The notes under the pieces: model-generated | The model's input: the letters and a program-made list of their open reading frames with translations, nothing else | Database searches by the model: none | What the model was told of the DNA's origin: nothing | NCBI GenBank assembly: GCA_964497095.1 | Contig: CAZCCL010000005.1 | Span: 1-53,063 of the forward strand | Direction of reading: 5' to 3' | Length of the DNA: 53,063 nt | DNA from: an uncultured Gaiellales bacterium | GTDB taxonomy: Bacteria; Actinomycetota; Thermoleophilia; RBG-16-64-13 | Translations under genes and position numbers: made by a program | Shown: piece by piece, positions 21,635-29,216 of the stretch | Numbering within the stretch: the stretch's first letter is position 1 | How the letters are laid out: each line of letters opens with the position of its first letter

Positions 21635-21985
21635 TTACTTCGACGAGCCCTTCAGTTTTCGGAGGCGCCGCTGATAAGTGAAGCGGTCGATCGCGTACGC
21701 GATGCCGGTATAGATGAAGAAGCCCGCCAGCGGGAGGATCACGTAGGTGATGGTGCTGGTGTTCTCCTGTTTCCAGAGGAAACGGATCAGAATCAGGTAG
21801 AGGGCGGCCAAAATCGCCCCCTGGATCGCCGCCCGCTTGAGCGTGGGAGGCCTGAGGGCCGGTTTGGCCGCGGACTTACTCTTGGCCCCACCCGTCGATC
21901 TGACGGTCGTCCTCGAGCTCTTGCTGCTGGTCGGAGCTTTGGGGAAAGCCTGCCGGGCCGCCCTGCGCGTCTCCTTCTTGGACAT
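21635..21985 (-). CDS. small basic membrane protein, function unknown
   Basis: Internal ATG at 21985 (GGAGG upstream) avoids overlap with the CBS gene. Lys/Arg/Ser-rich N-terminus, then two hydrophobic helices (AIQGAILAALYLILIRFLW, ITYVILPLAGFFIYTGIAYAI). Confidence 0.5.
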   Translation of the reverse strand: MSKKETRRAARQAFPKAPTSSKSSRTTVRSTGGAKSKSAAKPALRPPTLKRAAIQGAILAALYLILIRFLWKQENTSTITYVILPLAGFFIYTGIAYAIDRFTYQRRLRKLKGSSK

Positions 21986-22004
21986 GATCCTCCGTCGTGA
22001 CGGG

Positions 22005-22469
22005 CTAGGCCGTCGTTTCGGCGATGGCCCGGACGATGTCGTGCCGGGTGACGATACCCACCAGCTTGCCATCGGCCACCACGGGCAGCCGGTTGATCTC
22101 GCGGTCGGTCATGAGCGTGGCCGCGTCGCGCACGGACGCCTCGGGAGAGATGGCCATCACCTCCTTGCTCATGATCTCCTGGACCTGTGAGCCGAACATC
22201 TTGTGCAGACGTTCCTCGAACTTGTGGAAGCTCTGAAGATAGATGACCGAATCAAGAAGCGGGATGTAATAGGGGAAGTGAAGCTCGGCATCCTGGACGA
22301 TGATGTCCGCCTCACTCACCATGCCCACCACCCGATCCTCGTCGTCGACGACCGGTAGGCCGCTGATACTGCGCTCGGCCAGGATGTTGGCGAGCTCCCG
22401 CACGGTGGTGGATGGTCTGACCGTGATGACCTCGGTCTGCATGATGTCGCCGACTGTCAGCTCGTCCAC
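22005..22469 (-). CDS. CBS domain pair protein
   Basis: 154-aa ORF with two CBS repeats (VGDIMQTEVITVRPSTTVRELANILAERSISGLPVVD and VQEIMSKEVMAISPEASVRDAATLMTDREINRLPVV). Confidence 0.82.
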   Translation of the reverse strand: MDELTVGDIMQTEVITVRPSTTVRELANILAERSISGLPVVDDEDRVVGMVSEADIIVQDAELHFPYYIPLLDSVIYLQSFHKFEERLHKMFGSQVQEIMSKEVMAISPEASVRDAATLMTDREINRLPVVADGKLVGIVTRHDIVRAIAETTA

Positions 22470-24472
22470 GAAGGCCTCCTGTCATAGATGCGGCCTGCAA
22501 TAACGTCGGGCAGTAGTTCCACCAGATCACCTGCGAGCACACCCTGGGGGTCGGTCTCCGCCCCCAGCCGGCCGGCCTCGGCATGTATCCAAGCTCCGGC
22601 GTACGCCGCCTCAAAGGGCTCCACACCTTTGGCGAGGAGGGTCCCAATCACTCCCGCGAGGACGTCGCCCGTGCCCGCCGAGGCGAGCTGCGGGGGTCCC
22701 TGCACGACCGCCCGGGTCTGCCCGGACGGCGCGACGACCACGGTCGACGATCCCTTGAGGAGCACCACCTGCCCGGTGATCTCAGCCGCGCGCCGGGCGG
22801 CGGCCAGCGCCGAAACGGACAGTTCGGCGACCGACGTGTCGAGCAAGGCGGCCAGTTCGCCCACGTGCGGGGTCAAGACCAGTCCGGGCCGCTCTTTGAG
22901 GGACGCTGCAGCCCCTGCAAAAGCAAACAACCCGTCGGCGTCCAGCACCCCGGGGACCGTGCTCTGAAGGACTACCTCCCTCACCGCGAGGAGCGTGGCG
23001 GGATCACGCCCGAGTCCCGGCCCGACCACCATCGAGCCCAGGCGCTCGTCGGAGAGAGCCAGGAGTACCGGTTCTGCTTTCACCAGGCAATCGCCGGGCC
23101 CTATCTCCTGAAGGACGGTCTCTACCAGCCGGCTCCGGACGCCCTCGGCAGCGCCGGCGTTCATGAGCAGGCGCACGTAACCCGCCCCGGTCCGATAGGC
23201 CGCCTGCGCGGTCAGCCACGCTGCACCCGGATACGCGGCCGAGCCGGCCAGCACCGCGACAAAGCCGGCGCGATACTTGTGGTCGTCCACCCGACGTCCG
23301 GGAATGTTGACATCGTCGGCCGTCACCACCCACAGGTCGGGTTCCGGCTCGAGAAAGGCGGGGAGGCCGATGTCCCAAACCAGCACCTCGCCCGCGGCTT
23401 CCGAGCCGGGAGGACATACCAGGCCACTCTTGGCGGCGTGAAAGGTGATGGTGGTATCGGCCGCCACTGCATCCCCGGCGATGCTACCGGTGGTGGCATC
23501 CACCCCCGAAGGCACATCCACCGCCAGTACCGGTACACCGCAGGCACCCACGGTGGTGATCCTCCGGGCCCACTCGGCCAGGGGAGCTTTGATTTCCCCT
23601 TTGGCCCCCGTCCCCAGCAGGCAATCGACCACCAGATCGGTCTCATCCCAGAGATAGTCCGGCACCGAGCCCAACCGCAGATTCACGCCCGCCTTCTCCG
23701 CCGCCCTGAAATTGAGGGCGGCATCAGGACTGAGTTCGGTGACGGCGTCCACCGCTACGACGCAGGCGACCGGATGCCCGGCCAGGTGCAGCTGCCGAGC
23801 GGCCGCCAGTCCGTCTCCGCCATTGTTGCCGGGCCCGCACACGATAAGGGTGTGATGATCGGGATATCGGGATTGGACCAGTGCGCTCACCCCCAGGGCC
23901 GCGCGCTCCATGAGCACCGGGCCCGGTATTCCAATGTCATCGATGGTGGCTCGGTCCAACTCGCGCACCTGCGACGGTGTGAAGGCCGCCGGCCGCTCCG
24001 ACAGAGGGTGAGGGGCGAGAAGCCCGCTGTCGGTATCCTCGCCTGCAAGCTCGTCGTCCAGATATCCCACGTCCGCTCCTCCCGCCGACCGGGCGACCAC
24101 CGCCACACACGCACCCGCGAGCGAGTCCACGTGCGAGAGCGAGACCTGCAGCCCCCCCATCCCTCGAGCCTCGGCCAGTTCGGCGCTGCGGCCGCTCAAG
24201 GTGACTTCGGGCCGGGGGCCGGCGCCCACCTCGATCTCCTGCCAGGACAGCACTCCGCTTCCCAGCAGTTTACCAATCGCCTCCTTGGCGGCGAAACGGC
24301 CGGCGAAGTGCAGCGACGGTCTCCCCCGGGACCGACAGTAGGCTATCTCCGCCGAAGTGAAAAGCCGCTCTTCGAGTCGAGGGTGCCGACCAAGGGCCTC
24401 CTCGAAACGCCGGACCTCCACCAGATCGAAGCCACAGCTTCCCCAGGTACCCACTACGCCTCCGCTTCTCAC
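22457..24472 (-). CDS. nnr: tri-domain fusion: holo-ACP synthase (AcpS) + NAD(P)H-hydrate epimerase (YjeF_N) + ADP-dependent NAD(P)HX dehydratase (YjeF_C)
   Basis: 671-aa ORF.
- N-terminus: GFDLVEVRRFEEAL..FTSAEIAYC..HFAGRFAAKEAIGKLLG..WQEIEV (AcpS).
- Middle: PGPVLMERAALGV..LIVCGPGNNGGDGLAAARQL (YjeF_N).
- C-terminus: HKYRAGFVAVLAGSAAYPGAAWL..LTPHVGELAAL..GTGDVLAGVIGTLLAKG (carbohydrate-kinase-like dehydratase).
The exact start (24472 or a nearby GTG) is uncertain. Confidence 0.88.
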   Translation of the reverse strand: MRSGGVVGTWGSCGFDLVEVRRFEEALGRHPRLEERLFTSAEIAYCRSRGRPSLHFAGRFAAKEAIGKLLGSGVLSWQEIEVGAGPRPEVTLSGRSAELAEARGMGGLQVSLSHVDSLAGACVAVVARSAGGADVGYLDDELAGEDTDSGLLAPHPLSERPAAFTPSQVRELDRATIDDIGIPGPVLMERAALGVSALVQSRYPDHHTLIVCGPGNNGGDGLAAARQLHLAGHPVACVVAVDAVTELSPDAALNFRAAEKAGVNLRLGSVPDYLWDETDLVVDCLLGTGAKGEIKAPLAEWARRITTVGACGVPVLAVDVPSGVDATTGSIAGDAVAADTTITFHAAKSGLVCPPGSEAAGEVLVWDIGLPAFLEPEPDLWVVTADDVNIPGRRVDDHKYRAGFVAVLAGSAAYPGAAWLTAQAAYRTGAGYVRLLMNAGAAEGVRSRLVETVLQEIGPGDCLVKAEPVLLALSDERLGSMVVGPGLGRDPATLLAVREVVLQSTVPGVLDADGLFAFAGAAASLKERPGLVLTPHVGELAALLDTSVAELSVSALAAARRAAEITGQVVLLKGSSTVVVAPSGQTRAVVQGPPQLASAGTGDVLAGVIGTLLAKGVEPFEAAYAGAWIHAEAGRLGAETDPQGVLAGDLVELLPDVIAGRIYDRRPSWTS

Positions 24473-24525
24473 GGCTTCACGCGCGTGCCCGCGCCGGCCG
24501 ATGCCCTCAGAGCTCCTACCGCTCG

Positions 24526-26358
24526 CTATTCAACCGTGACGGTCTTGGCCAGGTTCCTCGGTTGATCCACTTTCTCCCCCTTGTTCTTAGCCACATAGTA
24601 GGCGAAGAGTTGCAGGGGGACCACTGCGAGCAGCGGAGCCAGCATCTCGTCCGTGCGGGGGACGTAGAAGACCTCGTCCACCATCTCCTTCAACGCTTCG
24701 TTCCCCTCGGAGGCAACGGCGATGACGCGGGCACCTCGAGCCCTCACCTCTTGCACGTTGGAGATGAGCTTGTCGTAGACGAAGCTGTCCGTGGCCACGA
24801 CCAGTACCGGCGAACCTTCCTCGAGCAGGGCGATGGGGCCGTGCTTCATCTCTCCGGCCGCATACGCGTCGGTGGGGATGTAAGAGATCTCCTTGAGCTT
24901 CAGGGCGCCCTCCATGGCGACCGGCACGCTCAAGTTCCTCCCCAGACACATGAAGAAACGGTTGAAGGCGTAGTCACGCGCCACCTCGTCCACGTGCTCG
25001 GCCGCACCGTCGGCCAGATAGTCGCCGAGGAGCCGAGGGATGTTACGGAGCTCGTCCGAGTACGAACGCACTTGCTTCCGGGTGAGATGGCCCCGCACCT
25101 CGGCGAAATAGAGGCCAAGGAGAAGCATGACGAGCACCTGGGTGAGAAAGGTCTTGGTCGCCGCTACTCCTATCTCTAGGCCCGCCCTGGTGAACAGGAC
25201 CCCGTCCGCCTCCCGAGTGGCCTGCGAACCGACGATGTTGGTCACCGCCAGCACCCGCGCCCCGGCCTGACGGGCCAGGCGCATCGCCGCCAGGGTGTCG
25301 GCCGTCTCTCCCGATTGAGTGACGGCTATGCACAGGCAATCGGGCCCGATGACCGGATCCCGGTAGCGGAATTCGGAGGCCACCTCCACCTCCACGGGCA
25401 CCCGCGCCCAACGCTCCAGCGCGTATTTGCCTACCAGACCGGCATGGTATGAGGTGCCGCAGGCCACGACAATGATCTGCCGGATCTCCTTGATCGACTC
25501 CGGAGTGAGCCCCAAGCCGTCGAGGACCACCTCACCGTCCTGGCCGATGCGCTCGGCCAGAGTATCCGCGAGAGCGGTGGGCTGCTCGTGGATCTCTTTG
25601 AGCATGAAGGTCTCGTAGCCGCTCTTCTCCGCCGCCTCTTCGTCCCAGTCGATCGTCTGGACCTCGCGGTCGACCGGAAGGCCCTCCAGATCATAAAGGC
25701 GTACGGACTCCCGTCTCACGACCACCACCTCCCCGTCCTCGGGGAAGATTGCTGAGCGGGTCTCGGCCAGAAACGCGGGGATGGCCGAAGCAAGGTAGTT
25801 CTCCCCTTCGCCCAGCCCGACCACGAGGGGGGTCTCTTTGCGGATGCCCACGATCACGTCAGGCTCGTCGACCGCGATGGCGCAGCAAGTGAAATGGCCT
25901 TCCATCTGCCGATAGGCCTCCGCCACCGCCTCCTGCAGCGAGCCCCGGAAGGCCCGTTCGATCAGATGCGCCGCCACTTCCGCGTCGGTGTCCGAGGTGA
26001 ACTCGTGGCCTTCGGCCTGTAGCGCCGCCCTCAGGGCAAGGTAGTTCTCGACGATGCCGTTGAGCACGATGGCGAAACGCCCGGTGCAGTCGGTGTGGGG
26101 GTGGGCGTTCTCGTTGGAGGGGCGGCCGTGGGTGGCCCAGCGGGTGTGGGCCAGACCCAAGGTCCCGGCTTCAGCCATCTGGTCCAGGATCGCTTCCAGA
26201 TTGTCAAGATTCCCTACCGAATGAAGCAACTCGAAGCGGCCGTCGCTGATGATGGAGATACCGGCAGAGTCATAGCCTCGGTATTCGAGCTTGCGTAGCC
26301 CCCGAAACAGGATGTCACGGCAGGGTCGATCCCCGACATAGCCGACGATTCCACACAT
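24526..26358 (-). CDS. glmS: glutamine--fructose-6-phosphate aminotransferase (isomerizing)
   Basis: 610-aa ORF starting MCGIVGYVG (Ntn Cys). Two SIS domains. C-terminal DQPRNLAKTVTVE. Confidence 0.97.
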   Translation of the reverse strand: MCGIVGYVGDRPCRDILFRGLRKLEYRGYDSAGISIISDGRFELLHSVGNLDNLEAILDQMAEAGTLGLAHTRWATHGRPSNENAHPHTDCTGRFAIVLNGIVENYLALRAALQAEGHEFTSDTDAEVAAHLIERAFRGSLQEAVAEAYRQMEGHFTCCAIAVDEPDVIVGIRKETPLVVGLGEGENYLASAIPAFLAETRSAIFPEDGEVVVVRRESVRLYDLEGLPVDREVQTIDWDEEAAEKSGYETFMLKEIHEQPTALADTLAERIGQDGEVVLDGLGLTPESIKEIRQIIVVACGTSYHAGLVGKYALERWARVPVEVEVASEFRYRDPVIGPDCLCIAVTQSGETADTLAAMRLARQAGARVLAVTNIVGSQATREADGVLFTRAGLEIGVAATKTFLTQVLVMLLLGLYFAEVRGHLTRKQVRSYSDELRNIPRLLGDYLADGAAEHVDEVARDYAFNRFFMCLGRNLSVPVAMEGALKLKEISYIPTDAYAAGEMKHGPIALLEEGSPVLVVATDSFVYDKLISNVQEVRARGARVIAVASEGNEALKEMVDEVFYVPRTDEMLAPLLAVVPLQLFAYYVAKNKGEKVDQPRNLAKTVTVE

Positions 26359-26388
26359 CAGAAAGAAACCTCCGTCATAGCTACCCTC

Positions 26389-27387
26389 CTAAAGAAGCCT
26401 CAGCTCTACGTACGGAGAGGTCCAGGCAGCCACAAGAGCCTCGTAGGCCGGGATCATCTCCAAGGTCTGCCCTATGGAGACTCCTTCAAAATCCGGTGTC
26501 GCCTCCAGCACCAAATAATCGGCCGAACGCCCGAGCTCCTTCAGGCCCGGCCGTACGAACCTCACCCCGCCCGAGGAAAGATCCTGTCGGCCGACACCCA
26601 GTAGCAGCCTACGGGTTCCGCCGTCCAGAGTCGGCCTAGTATACTCCTCGAGCACTTCGGCCCGCAGCAGGCAGGCGTCGGTCCGGCAGCCGGGAATAGC
26701 CTGATAGACGAGCGCGTCCTGCCCCAGTAGCAAGGCCTCTCCACACCGGAGTTCCGTCACCTGTGGAGGCAGACTTTCCCCCTGGGCGAGGAGCCAGACC
26801 ACGCTGGAATTACCTCCGGACACGCGAGGTGTGAGTAGGCCGGCCGCGCGCAGCGCGGCCGCCGCCTGGGCCACCGCGGCGACCGACGCCCTGATGCCGG
26901 CCGGGTCGCCCCGAAAGCAGGCGTAGTTCGTGGCGACGCCCGTGAGCTCGAGACGTGGATGGGCGGCGATCGCCCCGGCCAGATCGGGCAGAAGCTCCAA
27001 CGGGGCACCCTCCCGCTCGTCCCCTGTCTCTACGTGCACCATCACCCGTCGTGGATCGCTCGACCCGCCCAGCGCGGCCACGGCTTCCGCGCCCGCCCAA
27101 GAAGAGACGTAGGTTATGTCCCCCGGCTCGAAAGGCCCGACCAGCGAGGGCAGGTGGATCCGATGAAGCTCTACACCGGGCAGCGCCATCCGCAGCCGGC
27201 GGAGGTTCGGATCGCGCGTGTCGGCGAGCGCCGAGGCCCCACCTTCGAGCATGGCCCTGCCCACCCGAGGTTCGCCCAGACAGCCCTTGGTCACCCCTAC
27301 CAGGTCCAGACCGTGCCGCCGCAGCAGAGCAGCCACGGTTTCGGCGTTCCTGCCTATGGCTTCCGTGTCTATAAGCAACTCGGCCAT
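26389..27387 (-). CDS. alanine/ornithine racemase-family PLP-dependent enzyme (Orr/YhfX-like, short form)
   Basis: 332-aa ORF. LVGVTKGCLGEPRVGRAMLEGGASALADTRDPNLRRL resembles the VGVTK..G.P.VA...EGG...GDSR..NL block of the short Orr-type racemases rather than canonical Alr (no KANAYGHG). Confidence 0.72.
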   Translation of the reverse strand: MAELLIDTEAIGRNAETVAALLRRHGLDLVGVTKGCLGEPRVGRAMLEGGASALADTRDPNLRRLRMALPGVELHRIHLPSLVGPFEPGDITYVSSWAGAEAVAALGGSSDPRRVMVHVETGDEREGAPLELLPDLAGAIAAHPRLELTGVATNYACFRGDPAGIRASVAAVAQAAAALRAAGLLTPRVSGGNSSVVWLLAQGESLPPQVTELRCGEALLLGQDALVYQAIPGCRTDACLLRAEVLEEYTRPTLDGGTRRLLLGVGRQDLSSGGVRFVRPGLKELGRSADYLVLEATPDFEGVSIGQTLEMIPAYEALVAAWTSPYVELRLL

Positions 27388-27432
27388 CGTCGGTCCGTAC
27401 CGCTCCTTCCGTGACTCTTCGGAGGGGCTGCG

Positions 27433-27469
27433 CCAAAAAGAAAGAGGCGAGGGAGATTTCTCCCTCGCC
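27433..27469 (-). terminator. rho-independent terminator after rpsI
   Basis: On the minus strand, GGCGAGGGAG-AAAU-CUCCCUCGCC (perfect 10-bp stem, 27469-27446) is followed by UCUUUCUUUUUGG (27445-27433). It lies 27 nt after the rpsI stop. Confidence 0.82.
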
Positions 27470-27495
27470 CCCCGAATCCCTAGAAGGTGAAGCGA

Positions 27496-27891
27496 CTAGC
27501 GTTTCGAGAACTGCGGGCGCTTGCGGGCCTTCTTGAGACCCGCCTTCTTACGTTCCACCATCCGGGCATCGCGGGACAGGTGCCCGGCGCGCTTGACCTC
27601 GGTCTTCAGGGAAGGGTCTGCCTCCACCAAAGCGCGAGCGACGCCATGCTTCAAAGCTCCCGCCTGACCGGACTTGCCACCGCCGTGGATCTGAGCGATC
27701 ACGTCATATCTGGAGTCGGTACCGGTCTCGACCAGGGGCGAACGCACCAATAGCGTCAGAGTCTGACGGTTGAAATAGTCTTTCACGTCCTGGCCGTTCA
27801 CGATCATGCTGCCCGTACCCGGCATGAGACGCACGCGAGCGACCGAGGTCTTTCGCTTGCCTGTCGCCGAATAGACTACTGCTGCTGCCAT
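27496..27891 (-). CDS. rpsI: 30S ribosomal protein S9
   Basis: 131-aa [17 protein letters not shown] near the N-terminus and C-terminal [17 protein letters not shown]. Confidence 0.97.
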   Translation of the reverse strand: MAAAVVYSATGKRKTSVARVRLMPGTGSMIVNGQDVKDYFNRQTLTLLVRSPLVETGTDSRYDVIAQIHGGGKSGQAGALKHGVARALVEADPSLKTEVKRAGHLSRDARMVERKKAGLKKARKRPQFSKR

Positions 27892-28313
27892 GGCAACTCC
27901 TCTGGCTTCTGGGCTGCGTGCGGGTGCTCCGGCCCGGCATATATCTTGAGCTTGGTTATCTGCCTGGCGGCCAGCCTGTTCTTCGGCAACATGCCCTTGA
28001 CGGCCTTCCGCAGGACTTCGTTGGGCCGACGTTCGAGCATCTCACCCAAGGTGCGGCTCTTCAGGCCCCCGGGGTACCCCGAGTGCCGGTAGTAGATCTT
28101 GCCCTCGAGCTTGTTGCCGGTCACTGCGATCTTCTGGGCGTTGACCACGACCACGAAGTCCCCGGTATCGACATGAGGGGTGTATTGGGGTTTGTTCTTG
28201 CCCCGCAGGACTATCGCGATCTCCGACGCAAGCCTGCCGAGATTCTTGCCCTCAGCATCGACGACCCACCATTTTCGGGGCACTTCGCCGGGTTTCGCTG
28301 TATAGGTCTTCAC
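27876..28313 (-). CDS. rplM: 50S ribosomal protein L13
   Basis: 145-aa ORF with a GTG start after [46 protein letters not shown]. Overlaps rpsI by 16 nt. Confidence 0.97.
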   Translation of the reverse strand: MKTYTAKPGEVPRKWWVVDAEGKNLGRLASEIAIVLRGKNKPQYTPHVDTGDFVVVVNAQKIAVTGNKLEGKIYYRHSGYPGGLKSRTLGEMLERRPNEVLRKAVKGMLPKNRLAARQITKLKIYAGPEHPHAAQKPEELPWQQQ

Positions 28314-28339
28314 ACTGCCTCCTTGGAACGCGACCGCAG

Positions 28340-28369
28340 ATAATAATGGAGAGAGGCAGCCGGTGTCAA
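28340..28369 (-). promoter_or_regulatory. sigma-70-type promoter for rplM-rpsI (TTGACA-N18-TATTAT)
   Basis: On the minus strand, TTGACA (28369-28364, overlapping the TGA stop of the TetR gene), an 18-nt spacer, then TATTAT (28345-28340). About 25 nt upstream of the rplM GTG and its AAGGAGG. Confidence 0.5.
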
Positions 28370-29019
28370 GCGCGCGCAGCGCCCGTCGTCGCTCTCGCCA
28401 CCGCCTCCACGGGAGGCGGGGCCGCGAAGCTCTCGAATATCACGTCGAGCCAATGGACGACGATGTTCGGGTCGAAGAAAGACTCGAAACCCATCTGGTG
28501 AGCGACGTCCCCTGCGAACGCCCACCCAGTGATGAGCCAGGATACCTGTACCGGGTCCACGTAGTCGGGGATCTTCCCTTCTTTCTTGCCGTCCTCGACC
28601 ACTTGTGTGAACTGATCCAAAGAGCGAAGGTGTTTCTCGGCCAGCACCTCAGCAAGGCCTTCGCTACGAGCCCCGGCGATGAACTCAAGCAGAAGATGGG
28701 CGTGATGTCGTTCTCCCTCAGCCGCCCACAGCTCCAAGTGATGATCACACATCTCTCGCAGCCGCCCGAATGAGTTCTCGTCGGTGGTGGTCTCCCGAGA
28801 AGCGTAGATCTTCTCGTAGACCACATCCAGGGCCGCAAGCAGGATATCCCGTCTGCTATCGAAGTGGGTGTAGAGCGAAGCCTGCCTGATCCCGGCGCCC
28901 TCAGCAATACGAGACATGGTCGCTCCGCGCAATCCGTACTTCCCGATCAGATCGAGAGTGATCTCGACGATTTGCCGCTTTCTTGCCTCGGCCGGCATTC
29001 GCTGGCGTTCCACAGCCAC
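28366..29019 (-). CDS. TetR/AcrR family transcriptional regulator
   Basis: 217-aa ORF with a GTG start. N-terminal [51 protein letters not shown] is the typical TetR_N. Divergent from the molybdoenzyme gene. Confidence 0.88.
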   Translation of the reverse strand: MAVERQRMPAEARKRQIVEITLDLIGKYGLRGATMSRIAEGAGIRQASLYTHFDSRRDILLAALDVVYEKIYASRETTTDENSFGRLREMCDHHLELWAAEGERHHAHLLLEFIAGARSEGLAEVLAEKHLRSLDQFTQVVEDGKKEGKIPDYVDPVQVSWLITGWAFAGDVAHQMGFESFFDPNIVVHWLDVIFESFAAPPPVEAVARATTGAARA

Positions 29020-29073
29020 TGCTCTGCTTCCTTTCCCAAACCGGAGACTGGGCGGTCGGTTAGCCCGTTAAGG

Positions 29074-29102
29074 TTGACAAGCTAGGGTACAACAGGTAGT
29101 TT
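29074..29102 (+). promoter_or_regulatory. possible promoter of the molybdoenzyme gene (TTGACA-N17-TAGTTT)
   Basis: Plus strand: TTGACA at 29074-29079, a 17-nt spacer, then TAGTTT at 29097-29102. It sits in the divergent TetR/oxidoreductase intergenic region, and the -10 overlaps repeat copy 1. Confidence 0.4.
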
Positions 29103-29138
29103 AGCGTCTGCAACAACCGGTCGTACGGTAGTTTACGC
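29095..29138. repeat. two direct copies of GGTAGTTTA(-/C)GCG, candidate TetR operator elements
   Basis: GGTAGTTTAGCG at 29095-29106 and GGTAGTTTACGCG at 29127-29139, 32 nt apart. The first overlaps the putative -10. The palindrome CGTACG abuts the second copy. Confidence 0.4.
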
Positions 29139-29216
29139 GCGGACGGCTCAGACTGCGGCCTTGGTCCGTGACGGATATACGAGACTCTGTGTCAGAGGGG
29201 ACCGAGGGGCGGAAAG

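Noticed and set aside
26359-26388. glmS ribozyme in the glmS 5' leader.
   Set aside because: Only 30 nt separate glmS from the upstream racemase gene stop, far too short for the ribozyme of about 170 nt. glmS is probably co-transcribed with the racemase gene.
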